In this document: one piece after another, positions 42,185-51,153 of the stretch
Position numbering within the stretch: position 1 is the first letter of the stretch
How the letters are laid out: each line of letters starts with the position of its first letter
Source of the DNA: Burkholderiales bacterium
Lineage (GTDB): Bacteria; Pseudomonadota; Gammaproteobacteria; Burkholderiales; Casimicrobiaceae
Assembly: GCA_038321425.1 (NCBI GenBank)
Contig: JBBQEY010000001.1
Span: 1-52,767 of the forward strand
Length of the DNA: 52,767 nt
Direction: 5' to 3'
The notes under the pieces: generated by a model
Databases searched by the model: none
What the model was told of the DNA's origin: nothing
Seen by the model: only the letters and a program-made list of their open reading frames with translations
Position numbers and translations under genes: made by a program

Positions 42185-42937
42185 CTACATCTTCTTGTTT
42201 GCCTCCTTAACGCGGTCGGTGCCCGGGGCATCCCACAGGTTCGTCGCTACGTCGACCTTCGTCGCCATCTGGGTCTTCGGGTCGCGGTCGATATGCACTT
42301 CGTAGCTGTTCTGGCCCTTCACGATTTCGTACTCGACATAGTCGAGCTCACGGTCATTGACCGACGTGATCTTGTATCCCATCTTCTGAAGTTTCGCTTT
42401 GTAATCAGCGACCTTCATGTTCGGTGGCAGCGCGGCCTGGATCTTTTCTTTCTCATTGGTCCAGTCCTTCATGTAGCGCCGATCGCTGTACTTACCGGTC
42501 GGGTCGGCTACAAGCACGGTCGCGGACTTGTAGGTGTTGTCGCTCTCCATGCGCTTGGTGGAATCGGCGCGCCACATGTTGCTGGTCACGTCGATGGTGG
42601 TCGCCCGCTGGGCGCCGTCCTTGAAGTCCAACTGTACTTCACGACTGTGCGTGCCCTTGACGATCTCGTATTCGAGGTAATCGGGCTTGTCGACGTTGAT
42701 GGCCGAGACGCGATAGCCGTTGTCTTCGATGATCTTCTTATAGCTGGCACGATCGGTTCCGGACTTGAGCTTCTGCTCGAGCATGTCCTTTTCGTTCGAG
42801 AATGCTGCGTTGCGATCGGCCGACCGGATCATGGGCGTAGTCGCCCGCATCGAATCGGCGGGGTAGGCGGGTTTATCGGCGGCAATTGCCGTTCCGAACA
42901 TTGAAACGACAGCCAATGCAATGAGAGTTTTGTTCAT
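42185..42937 (-). CDS. Secreted protein with two internal PepSY-like repeats
   Basis: Signal peptide MNKTLIALAVVSMFGTAIA; repeats GYRVSAIN..DYLEYEIVKG..EVQLD..IDVTSNMW and GYKITSVN..DYVEYEIVKG..EVHID..VDVATNLW; GGAG RBS. Confidence 0.85.
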   Translation of the reverse strand: MNKTLIALAVVSMFGTAIAADKPAYPADSMRATTPMIRSADRNAAFSNEKDMLEQKLKSGTDRASYKKIIEDNGYRVSAINVDKPDYLEYEIVKGTHSREVQLDFKDGAQRATTIDVTSNMWRADSTKRMESDNTYKSATVLVADPTGKYSDRRYMKDWTNEKEKIQAALPPNMKVADYKAKLQKMGYKITSVNDRELDYVEYEIVKGQNSYEVHIDRDPKTQMATKVDVATNLWDAPGTDRVKEANKKM

Positions 42938-43231
42938 GATCTTGATCTCCAGTATTTGGCACGTAGGACCCAGGATCCGCACACGAACGCCGTTTGCGAT
43001 CTCCAAGGCATCCAATCTATCGATGCGCGATTGCTGCCGGCATCGGGACATTGCTCATACGCACGTAAGACAAACACTAACAAGGGGCGCAAAAACGATC
43101 ACGGTGGCGCGTTACGGCGTTCGTGGCCACGAGAGGCGCAACGGCGCTGGCGAGCAGTCAGCGAAGCGGGGGGGTGGCTAACCCCCGGATATGCTCAGTC
43201 TGGCTCAGCTAGAACATGGATCGAGGCTTCG

Positions 43232-43291
43232 GCTGAACACCCTTTCGGACACGGCAAGGAGTCATTCTTCGGGAGTCTGATCGTGGCCGTA
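43232..43291 (+). pseudogene. Tiny remnant of a cation diffusion facilitator gene
   Basis: AEHPFGHGKESFFGSLIVAV matches the CDF HPFGHGKE signature; no surrounding gene. Confidence 0.55.
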
Positions 43292-43488
43292 CCCCTGCGG
43301 CCCGCAGCCGGCGCCCGCACCTGTGCTGCAGATCTTGCCAGCAGTTCTTGGTACACTGGGCATGAGCGGCGGCGCCTTGATTCGTGCCAATCCGCCTCTC
43401 GTGCGGACTCACACAATTCGGCGTCTCGTTCCGTGAACAAGGAGCTCGCTCCATGAAGTCCAATTCGCCTTCCCGAAAGGAACGTCCG

Positions 43489-44346
43489 ATGGCCTTCGCC
43501 GACTCCCGGCATCCCGCTTGCCGTTTCCCATGCGTCGCCCTCGCGTGGTTCATGTTCGCTCTGGCGCCGCTTTCAGCCATGGCCGCCGACCCCGTGCGCG
43601 GCTACCTGCTCTTTCAGAGTGAAGCCAACGGCCCCGCCTGCACCGGTTGTCACGGCAATCCACGCGTGAACCGGCTCAAGGTCATGAACGGGGCGGACAA
43701 CCCCGACGTCATCGTGCGTTCCGCCATGCGCGTCGGATTCGTGCTGCCGCAACGCGACGCCGACGACCTCGCCGCCTATCTCGGGACCTTTATCGCGGGT
43801 TACCCTTCGCCGCCCCCGGCGGCCCCTGCGCTGGCCGTTGAGTACTTCCATGCGACGTTCGGACATTACTTCGTCACGGTTCTTGCGGCCGAGATTGCGG
43901 CGCTGGACAGCGGCGTTCAGACAGGCTGGGCGCGGACCGGGAAGCTCTTCCACGCGTGGCGGTCGTCGCAGGATGCACCGGCAACAGCGTCGCCCGTGTG
44001 CCGGTTCTACATACCACCGGCTCAAGGGGACTCGCACTTCTACTCCGCATCGCCCGCCGAATGCGCGACCGTCGATGCCAAGTTCCCGAGCTTCGACTAC
44101 GAGTCGCCTGAAGTGATGTACGTGCTGCTGCCGGAGCCCGCAACCGGCGCGTGTCCGGCTTTGAGTGCGCCTGTGTTCCGCCTGTGGAACGATCCGGCGA
44201 GCCGTGGACGTACCGACAACAACCACCGCTTCACGACCGATACCAGCCTTCGGACCGAGATGCTTGCTGCCGGGTCGGTCGCCGAAGGCTACGGTCCGAT
44301 GGGTGTGGGCATGTGTGCGCCGTTGCCGCTACTCCCATTCAACTGA
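43489..44346 (+). CDS. Secreted c-type cytochrome fused to a DUF5648-like C-terminal domain
   Basis: Signal peptide, CTGCH heme motif, Pro linker, then AVEYFH..HYFVT..PVCRFY..SHFYS..PVFRLWN..NHRFTT..AEG. Confidence 0.8.
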   Translation: MAFADSRHPACRFPCVALAWFMFALAPLSAMAADPVRGYLLFQSEANGPACTGCHGNPRVNRLKVMNGADNPDVIVRSAMRVGFVLPQRDADDLAAYLGTFIAGYPSPPPAAPALAVEYFHATFGHYFVTVLAAEIAALDSGVQTGWARTGKLFHAWRSSQDAPATASPVCRFYIPPAQGDSHFYSASPAECATVDAKFPSFDYESPEVMYVLLPEPATGACPALSAPVFRLWNDPASRGRTDNNHRFTTDTSLRTEMLAAGSVAEGYGPMGVGMCAPLPLLPFN

Positions 44347-44456
44347 GGCAAATCCGGGCACGCAAGTGGTCGGAATTGCCGGGATAAAAAACGTAGGTGT
44401 GGTGGTCACGGTCCTGGAGAGAGACCATCACGACCGTCCCCTTCCGTGGACGTTGA

Positions 44457-44972
44457 TCAGGCGGCGCGTCGGCGTTTTACCCCGCGCGAACGGGTGGCAT
44501 ATAGCTGGTCTTCGAGTTCCAATTTTCGTGCTTGTATGTGGGCGCCAAGCTTCTCCAGGTCCATGTCCATCTTGCCCACCATCGGGAAGAGTTCGTCCTC
44601 CTCTTCCTTGACGTGATGCTTCACGTACTCGCTCAGCACCTTGACGCCGGCGTCGTAGAGCGGGTCGGCAAGCGTGGTCGATTGCAGGCGCCCAATGATG
44701 TCCTTTAGCGATTGATGCTCTATCGCGGCCTCGTTGATCAGGTCCCGGGTTTCGCCGTCGCCGCGCCGTACGGCCGGGTAAAAAATTTCCTCCTCTACCT
44801 TCGCGTGGACGGTCAGCGCGTCACAGATGCTCGCAGCCAGCGCGGCTTTGCTCGTCTTGTCGCCCGCATCTACTGCGTCTTCGTACTGCTTGAACATTGA
44901 ATCGACTTCAGCGTGGTCGCGCTTCAGCAGTTCCAATGCATGAGTGTCGCTGTTGCTGGTGAGTCCGAACAT
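44457..44972 (-). CDS. Hemerythrin/HHE domain protein
   Basis: LKRDHAEV, HAKVEEEIFYPA, EH, HHVKEEEDELFP; AGGAG RBS. Confidence 0.93.
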   Translation of the reverse strand: MFGLTSNSDTHALELLKRDHAEVDSMFKQYEDAVDAGDKTSKAALAASICDALTVHAKVEEEIFYPAVRRGDGETRDLINEAAIEHQSLKDIIGRLQSTTLADPLYDAGVKVLSEYVKHHVKEEEDELFPMVGKMDMDLEKLGAHIQARKLELEDQLYATRSRGVKRRRAA

Positions 44973-45116
44973 GAGTGCTCCTTGGTATCAACGCGCAACC
45001 TCTACGATTGCGCGGGGTAGGGACGGCGCTGCAGGCGCTGGCAGGCATCATCGAGAACGAGGGCGTAGCGTAACCAGAGAGCGCAGGCATGCCCGTCAAC
45101 GATCCTTCCAAAACGC

Positions 45117-45134
45117 TGTAAGTCGTTTCCTACA
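45117..45134. promoter_or_regulatory. Putative response-regulator box
   Basis: TGTAAG-TCGTTT-CCTACA in the divergent hemerythrin/EEP intergenic region; one mismatch from the TGTAAG-N6-CTTACA palindrome. Confidence 0.4.
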
Positions 45135-45382
45135 CATCCGCAGGAGTCGCCATGTTTCCTCGCCAGTCCGACCTATGTCGGAGGTGGGCTGACACGCGTA
45201 TGGGAGTCCCGCCAGCATCATCGGGGCGCCAAAGCCGGGATGATTTGCATATGCGAAATTGCCGTTTCATCGGCGTGGTGAAAGAGATGCTGATCAAGAG
45301 ATGCTGATCATTCGCCATCCCGCAACCCACGGTGTGGTCCACGCGGACCGCGCAACCCGATCGAACACCTCCAGAGAACCCG

Positions 45383-46510
45383 ATGCGTAACCGAACTGCG
45401 TTGCTCGTTTCCGGCTTCACCATCGCAGTGACGGGCCTGTCACTGATCCGCTCGCGCAGTTCGTGGGTCCGCATGGCCGACTTTCCGCGGCTACAGATAG
45501 CGCTGCTGGGCACGGCGGCGCTCGCGCATGCCGCGTGGCGCGGGCGTGCGGACCGGCATGAAAGGCACAACGTCGGCGAGCACGCGGTCGATCGCCCGCG
45601 CGCCGCGCGGGCGATTCCCGGCGCCGAGCGCGCCGAGCGCATCGTGACCGCCTCGCTCCTTGCCGCGGTCGCCTACCAGTGGCTGCGCATCTGGCGGTAC
45701 ACACCGCTTGCGCCGGTGGAGGTGGAGTCGAGCCACAACGGCTCGACCCGTGGCAGGCTGAGCATCCTGGAGTCCAACGTGCGGCTGTCCAATCGTGATG
45801 CCGATGCGCTGATCGCGCTCGTGCACGAGCATTCCCCGGACGTCGTCCTTTGCGCGGAGATCGACGACTGGTGGTGCGAAAGACTGGAAGGACTCGCCGC
45901 TGCCTATCCGTACACCGTGGCAGTCCCCCTCGACAATACGTACGGGCTGGTGTTGCGCTCGCGCTTGCCGCTTGCCGACGCGAGCGTCGATTTCCTTACC
46001 GACTCGGAGGTTCCATCGATCCAGGCGAAGGTCCGGCTCCGCGATGGCACCTGGGTATGGCTAAACTGTGTGCATCCCAAACCACCGGCGCCCGACAAGG
46101 CGGATGATTCGTTGCAACGCGACAGCGAGTTGATGCTGGTCGCCAAGCGTGTCCGCAACGCATCGCTTCCCGCAATCGTCTTCGGCGACCTGAACGACGT
46201 GGCGTGGTCGCGGACAACCCGCCTGTTCCAGAAGATCAGCGGGTTGCTCGATCCGCGCAAGGGGCGCGGGTTTTTCAGCACGTTCCACGCGAAGGTGCCC
46301 GGCCTTCGCTTCCCGCTCGACCATTTCTTCCACACGCCCGATTTCCGTCTGGTCAGCCTCACGCGTCTCTCCCCCATCGGCTCCGATCATTTCCCGATGT
46401 TCATCGAGCTCAGCCACGAGCCCGACGGCGCGGTGGCGCAGCCACCCGTCGACGACGACGCTGAGGACTGGGAAGACGCCCGCGAGACGCTAGCGCAGGC
46501 CGGCGCATAG
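45383..46510 (+). CDS. Endonuclease/exonuclease/phosphatase (YafD-like) membrane-anchored protein
   Basis: N-terminal TM segments, ESNV, HPKPP, GDLND, PLDHFF, GSDHFP. Confidence 0.9.
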   Translation: MRNRTALLVSGFTIAVTGLSLIRSRSSWVRMADFPRLQIALLGTAALAHAAWRGRADRHERHNVGEHAVDRPRAARAIPGAERAERIVTASLLAAVAYQWLRIWRYTPLAPVEVESSHNGSTRGRLSILESNVRLSNRDADALIALVHEHSPDVVLCAEIDDWWCERLEGLAAAYPYTVAVPLDNTYGLVLRSRLPLADASVDFLTDSEVPSIQAKVRLRDGTWVWLNCVHPKPPAPDKADDSLQRDSELMLVAKRVRNASLPAIVFGDLNDVAWSRTTRLFQKISGLLDPRKGRGFFSTFHAKVPGLRFPLDHFFHTPDFRLVSLTRLSPIGSDHFPMFIELSHEPDGAVAQPPVDDDAEDWEDARETLAQAGA

Positions 46511-46668
46511 CGTGAAAGTTGAACCCGGCTTAAATGCATGGGTCGCATTGCCCTCACGCAGGAGGCCCGGGACGCGTTCGGGCATGACCCTGAGCGAAGC
46601 CTCAAAACGCATCGCCTCCCGCGAACTCGACGTCCTGATGGCGAGCGAAATATGTCCGCGAGACGACC

Positions 46669-47370
46669 CTATCGCTGCGCGCGATCATAAACAGTTTTAA
46701 CGGCTTGATAGCATGTGCAAGAAGCCGCCATCAGCCCTTTGACGTTTAGTATTCGGATCCTGCCGCGAGTGTAGGTGATCAGCTCAAGTTCCTTGAGCGC
46801 GATGGCGGCCTCGGTGATGCCTTCACGCCGCAAGCCCAGCATATGCGCGAGGAATTCGTGTGTCAGACTGAAGTCGTCCGACTTTACGCGATCGCGTGTC
46901 ATTAGTAGCCAGCGAGCCAGGCGCGCCTCCCCATCGTGGAAGCGGTTGCACGCGGCGGTTTGCGATATTTGTGCCATCAACGCGTAGGTATAACGGTAAA
47001 GCGCATCCCGCAGCGGCCTATTGCGGTCGAATTCGACGCGAAAAGGCGCCGAGGCCATGCGCAAGGCATTACCCCGGCCCTGCACAATCGCTCGTACACC
47101 GGAGATACCCATGCCCAGGATGAATGGCATCCCGGCCATGCCTTCATTGCCGACCATACCCACCTCGAGTGTCCTTCGCTTGTCGACGGACGTGAGCAGG
47201 GAAATGAGGCAGTCCAGGGGAAAGTAAACATATCGGATCGCTTTGCCCGGCTCGTAGAGAACCTGCGAGAGGTCCAGGTAGACAGGTTCGAGCGCCGCTC
47301 CCAGACGCGCGTACTCCTTCCTGGGAATTTTGGCCAACACCCGATTCGCTGCGCGATCTTCCGTCGTCAT
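46669..47370 (-). CDS. Crp/Fnr-family transcriptional regulator
   Basis: NRVLA, VGNEGMAG, QTAACNRFH, ARLARWLL, LTHEFLAHMLGLRREGIT HTH; AAGGAA RBS. Confidence 0.94.
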   Translation of the reverse strand: MTTEDRAANRVLAKIPRKEYARLGAALEPVYLDLSQVLYEPGKAIRYVYFPLDCLISLLTSVDKRRTLEVGMVGNEGMAGMPFILGMGISGVRAIVQGRGNALRMASAPFRVEFDRNRPLRDALYRYTYALMAQISQTAACNRFHDGEARLARWLLMTRDRVKSDDFSLTHEFLAHMLGLRREGITEAAIALKELELITYTRGRIRILNVKGLMAASCTCYQAVKTVYDRAQR

Positions 47371-47519
47371 TGGTGTTTCCTTTCACGTCTCACCACGGCC
47401 GATGTCGTGCCGCGCGCCATCGCAAACGCAATTCAGGTCCCGGCACGCCAAATGACTGAGCTAACGCCAATCGCCGTCCTCTGATCGCGTCCATGGTAGT
47501 CGAGATTTGTGGTTCGGTA

Positions 47520-47548
47520 TGTTCGGTAGCGCACACTCAAGTGTGCGC
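47520..47548. promoter_or_regulatory. Palindromic site and overlapping hairpin upstream of the Crp/Fnr gene
   Basis: TGTTCG-GTAG-CGCACA (47520-47535) overlaps GCGCACACT-CA-AGTGTGCGC (47529-47548). Confidence 0.4.
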
Positions 47549-47582
47549 GCAACAGCGCTCAGCTGCAGCCGACACCCGTGCA

Positions 47583-48845
47583 TCAATGGCCTTCGGAATT
47601 GCGCGCTATGAGGACTGCATTGGTGCCGCCGAACCCAAACGAGTTCGACATGATGGCGCGAGTCGTAACACCGGTCCGCGCTCGTCCGGGTACGTAGTCG
47701 AGGTCGCACTCGGGGTCGGCTACGCGCAGATTGATGGTGGGTGGAAGCATTCTCCGCTCCATCGCCAGCACGGCGGCTGCGAATTCGATCGCTCCGGCCG
47801 CGCCGAGGAGATGGCCGTGCATGGATTTGGTCGAGCTCACCGGTACGCACGGCGCGTAGTTACCAAACACCTGCCTGATCGCCGCCGTTTCAACGACATC
47901 ATTGGCGAGTGTCGCGGTTCCGTGCGCATTGATGTAGCCGATGTCCTGTGGCTGCAATGCAGCAGTGGCGAGCGCGCGCCGCATCGCCGCAGCCTGGCCC
48001 TCGATCGTGGGCCGCGTGATATGCGCGCCGTCGGCGCATAGCCCATACCCCGTGAATTCCGCGTGGATATGGGTGCCGCGCGCTCGCGCTTGCTCCCATT
48101 CCTCCAGCACCACGATCGCCGCACCTTCGGCGAGGACAAGGCCCGTTCGGTCCTTCGAAAACGGCCTGCACGAAGCTCCCGGCTCCAGGGGGTCCTCGGT
48201 CGCCAGGGTCTTCAGCGCGTCCCACGCGACCAACGTTCCGAGCGACAGCGGCGCCTCACTACCCCCGGCCAGCATCAAGTCGACTTCGCCATTGCGTATC
48301 CGCTGGGCCGCCTCGCCGATGGCGACGGCCGACGAGGAGCATGCCGTCGAGAACGTGAGGTTGGGACCGGTCAGTCGATACTCGATCCCTATCCACGACG
48401 CTGCCGCGTTGGACATCGCCATGAGCACGCTGAACGGCTTGACTCGCTCGGTGCGCTCGGCGTAGAGCGTGTGGTAGCCCTCGTCGGTAGTTTCCGCGCC
48501 GCCCATGCCGGTCCCGAGAAACACGCCGCAGCGCTCTCGGTCGATGTCGTCCCATACGATGCCAGCGGCGCGAACCGCCTGGTCGGCCGCGACGAGTGCG
48601 AACTGGCTGACGCGATCGAGCATGCGCAGTTGCGGCCCCGAGAAATGGAGCGAAGGGTCGAATGCCACGACGCCACCGATGTGTTTGCGTGCCTGCGAGT
48701 TTCCGGCGTCGTCGCCGCGCGTCGCGGGCGGCCTCGTAAGGCGCACGATTCCGGATCGGCCATGGGCGAGACCGGTAACGAAAGACTCGACGTCATTGCC
48801 TAAAGGGGTGATGACGCCGATGCCCGTAATGGCGACGCGTCTCAA
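47583..48845 (-). CDS. Cluster-dedicated FabF-like beta-ketoacyl-ACP synthase
   Basis: RRVAITGIG, TACSSS (Cys), NAHGTAT (His), GHLLGAAG (His), SNSFGFGGTN; TTG start overlaps the ACP stop. Confidence 0.93.
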   Translation of the reverse strand: MRRVAITGIGVITPLGNDVESFVTGLAHGRSGIVRLTRPPATRGDDAGNSQARKHIGGVVAFDPSLHFSGPQLRMLDRVSQFALVAADQAVRAAGIVWDDIDRERCGVFLGTGMGGAETTDEGYHTLYAERTERVKPFSVLMAMSNAAASWIGIEYRLTGPNLTFSTACSSSAVAIGEAAQRIRNGEVDLMLAGGSEAPLSLGTLVAWDALKTLATEDPLEPGASCRPFSKDRTGLVLAEGAAIVVLEEWEQARARGTHIHAEFTGYGLCADGAHITRPTIEGQAAAMRRALATAALQPQDIGYINAHGTATLANDVVETAAIRQVFGNYAPCVPVSSTKSMHGHLLGAAGAIEFAAAVLAMERRMLPPTINLRVADPECDLDYVPGRARTGVTTRAIMSNSFGFGGTNAVLIARNSEGH

Positions 48846-49117
48846 ACAGGCGCTCCCAAGTTGCTGACCGGAGCCTGCTCCGCGACGAGCCTGTCGATGT
48901 AGGCAACCAAGTCGCCGACGGTTTTGAGGCTTGTCTGTTGCGCCACCGGCTCCGACGGCACCGTTACCTTGAATTCATCCTCGACCGCGAACAGCACCTC
49001 GACGATGGCGAGCGAATCGATTTCGAGGTCCGCTAGTCGGGCGTCGGTCGCGAGCACTTCAGGCTCCAGATCGAAGTTGGTTTTCAGAATGTGCTGCAGG
49101 GTCTGCAGTGTCGTCAT
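48842..49117 (-). CDS. Cluster-dedicated acyl carrier protein
   Basis: LADLEIDSLAIVEVLFAVEDEF, TVGDLVAYID; GGAG RBS. Confidence 0.92.
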   Translation of the reverse strand: MTTLQTLQHILKTNFDLEPEVLATDARLADLEIDSLAIVEVLFAVEDEFKVTVPSEPVAQQTSLKTVGDLVAYIDRLVAEQAPVSNLGAPV

Positions 49118-49178
49118 AGGTGTTCTCCCGGGGGTCGGTGGCGCAATATTCTGGAATGGAGGCCAGGCTGCATGGCGC

Positions 49179-50417
49179 TCAACGTTCAATGGTCCCGGCC
49201 AGGCCGAAGCCGGTGCGGCTGCGCAACGAGTCAGCCTTACCGCTCCAGCACGCGCCCAGCGTCAGTGCGGACGGGAACCGTCGCATGACCGTCAGCGCCA
49301 TGCGTGTTGAAAGCGGCCGCGTGAAGATCTGCGAATACAGCGTCGCGGCATACAGGCGCGGGGCAAAATTCCGGCGCCAAGCGCTCGAATAGTCACGCCG
49401 GACAGTGGTCAACAGTGCGGGAGTCAGTGTCGAATCTCCGAGCGCAATCAAGCGCTCGCAAAGAAGTGCTGCGGACTGGATCGCGATGCTGATGCCCTCG
49501 GCAATGATGGGATGCGCTTCCGCGGCGGCATTGCCGACCGTGAAGATGCCGTCGATACCGAAACCATGGATGCCCGGACGAATCGGGCCCGCGGCCAGCC
49601 ACACGCCTTCCAGCGTTGCTCCCCATAGCGCTGCGGCGGCACTCGCGCAATGTGCGCCAATATGCTCGAGCACGGCGGCGCCCGCGCGGTGCTGCGGCCA
49701 TTGCCTGCGGCAGACTTCGAGTTGATCGCGACGGATGCAGCATGACAGGCTGACCCGCTGTCCTCCAGTGTTCGCCATTCCGCCGTAGCCGCCGGGGAAG
49801 GCTATGAGTGGCATAAGATCGGCGGCAAGATTGCCACCGTAAAAGTGGGCCTTGAAACCCAGAAGATCGAATGGTCGCGGCGGCCGCCGGAAGTCCTGGG
49901 TGGGCAACGGCCCGGATTCCCATGAACCATGCGCGGCGATGATCACCGGCGCATGCAGCGAGCGCAATTGATCGCTGCCGCGTTCTTCGACGCGGCAGGT
50001 ATAGCCGGCGGCATCCGTCGCGTATCCGGCGAGCGACCATGGCTGCCAAATTTTTGCGCCGGCCGCACAGGCGCGTTCCAGCAGCGCCGTGTCGAGAACC
50101 TCGCGACCGACCGCACGGCCGCCATCGACTTCGCCGTTGCGCAGTGGTGCTATTGCCGGCGTGCTTTGCGCGGATCCGGCAAATACGCCGACACGTCGTA
50201 CCACGGGACCGGAATTCGCTTTCAGCGTGGCGGCGACACCGAGTGCGCGCAAAAGCGGCCAGGTTGTTCCGGAAATGAACTCCCCGCAGACTTTGCGGCG
50301 CGGGAAGCTTGCTTTCTCCACAACCGCGACGCGTCGACCGGCCTGCGCCAGCAGGATGGCAGCGGTGGCGCCCGCGGGTCCGCCACCGATGATGATCGCA
50401 TCGTAGTCGAGGCGCAT
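49179..50417 (-). CDS. FAD-dependent oxidoreductase (geranylgeranyl-reductase/aromatic hydroxylase-like)
   Basis: YDAIIIGGGPAG, EKASFPRRKVCGEFIS, VGNAAAEAHPIIAEGISIA. Confidence 0.9.
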   Translation of the reverse strand: MRLDYDAIIIGGGPAGATAAILLAQAGRRVAVVEKASFPRRKVCGEFISGTTWPLLRALGVAATLKANSGPVVRRVGVFAGSAQSTPAIAPLRNGEVDGGRAVGREVLDTALLERACAAGAKIWQPWSLAGYATDAAGYTCRVEERGSDQLRSLHAPVIIAAHGSWESGPLPTQDFRRPPRPFDLLGFKAHFYGGNLAADLMPLIAFPGGYGGMANTGGQRVSLSCCIRRDQLEVCRRQWPQHRAGAAVLEHIGAHCASAAAALWGATLEGVWLAAGPIRPGIHGFGIDGIFTVGNAAAEAHPIIAEGISIAIQSAALLCERLIALGDSTLTPALLTTVRRDYSSAWRRNFAPRLYAATLYSQIFTRPLSTRMALTVMRRFPSALTLGACWSGKADSLRSRTGFGLAGTIER

Positions 50418-50421
50418 GGCG

Positions 50422-51153
50422 TCAGGCGCTGCCGCGCATTGCCAGAAGACAGTGGCTGAAAAGTCCTGCAGGATACTCATGCAGACGCCAGCCGCTATCC
50501 GCTGGCCATGCCGCCGTCAACTCGCGACCACGAAATCCGGCGTGCACGCTCAGCACCGCGTCTTCGCGCGCGACGGGGCCGGCGCCGAGCAAGCCGATCA
50601 AGTGGCTTCCCAGCAGCGCGGTTGCGCTGCGCCGGGGCTCGCAGCAAACGAAGACGTGCGTTTGGTCGGCGATCGCACGCAGGAGCCGGGACAGGTCCTG
50701 CGGCGAAAAGTGATGGACGAAGAGATTGGCGACGATCATGTCCCACCTCGCGACGCGGGGCCGTTGCAGCCAGTCAAATACGTCCTCGGTTACTACCGAT
50801 GGCACCCAGCCGACGGCGCGTAGTCGCTCCAAAGTTTGTTTCTCGACGACGCTTTGGCGATCGAGCAACGTGACGGCCAAGCCGGGCCAATGTCCCGCGC
50901 GGCGATTTGCCAGGCGCAACAGCAGTGAACCGTCGCCGGCGCCCAGTTCCAGTAGAGTCCGCGGCGTACCGCCCGCCGCGCGATCGAGCGCGCGTAGCAG
51001 GATTGGAAGGGTGCCCATGACGTAATGAAGCCTGCGCAAATCGCCCCGCGCCCGCCGAGCGGCAGGATCGTCGGCGCCCAAGACATCGAGCAACTCCGGT
51101 TGCACTCGACGTGGCAATCCCCGATCGCTACGCATGCGGCGCGAGCTGGTCAT
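50422..51153 (-). CDS. Class I SAM-dependent methyltransferase
   Basis: ELLD..D, LLELGAGDG, ANLFVHHF, DAVLSVHAGF; ATGA overlap with the PKS stop. Confidence 0.88.
   Translation of the reverse strand: MTSSRRMRSDRGLPRRVQPELLDVLGADDPAARRARGDLRRLHYVMGTLPILLRALDRAAGGTPRTLLELGAGDGSLLLRLANRRAGHWPGLAVTLLDRQSVVEKQTLERLRAVGWVPSVVTEDVFDWLQRPRVARWDMIVANLFVHHFSPQDLSRLLRAIADQTHVFVCCEPRRSATALLGSHLIGLLGAGPVAREDAVLSVHAGFRGRELTAAWPADSGWRLHEYPAGLFSHCLLAMRGSA

Noticed and set aside
47583-49117. Aryl polyene, ladderane or aromatic type II PKS cluster
   Set aside because: Only one KS and one ACP; no chain-length factor, dehydratases, ketoreductase or cyclases nearby.
49179-50417. Flavin-dependent halogenase
   Set aside because: No WxWxIP motif visible; a reductase/hydroxylase-type flavoprotein is more likely.
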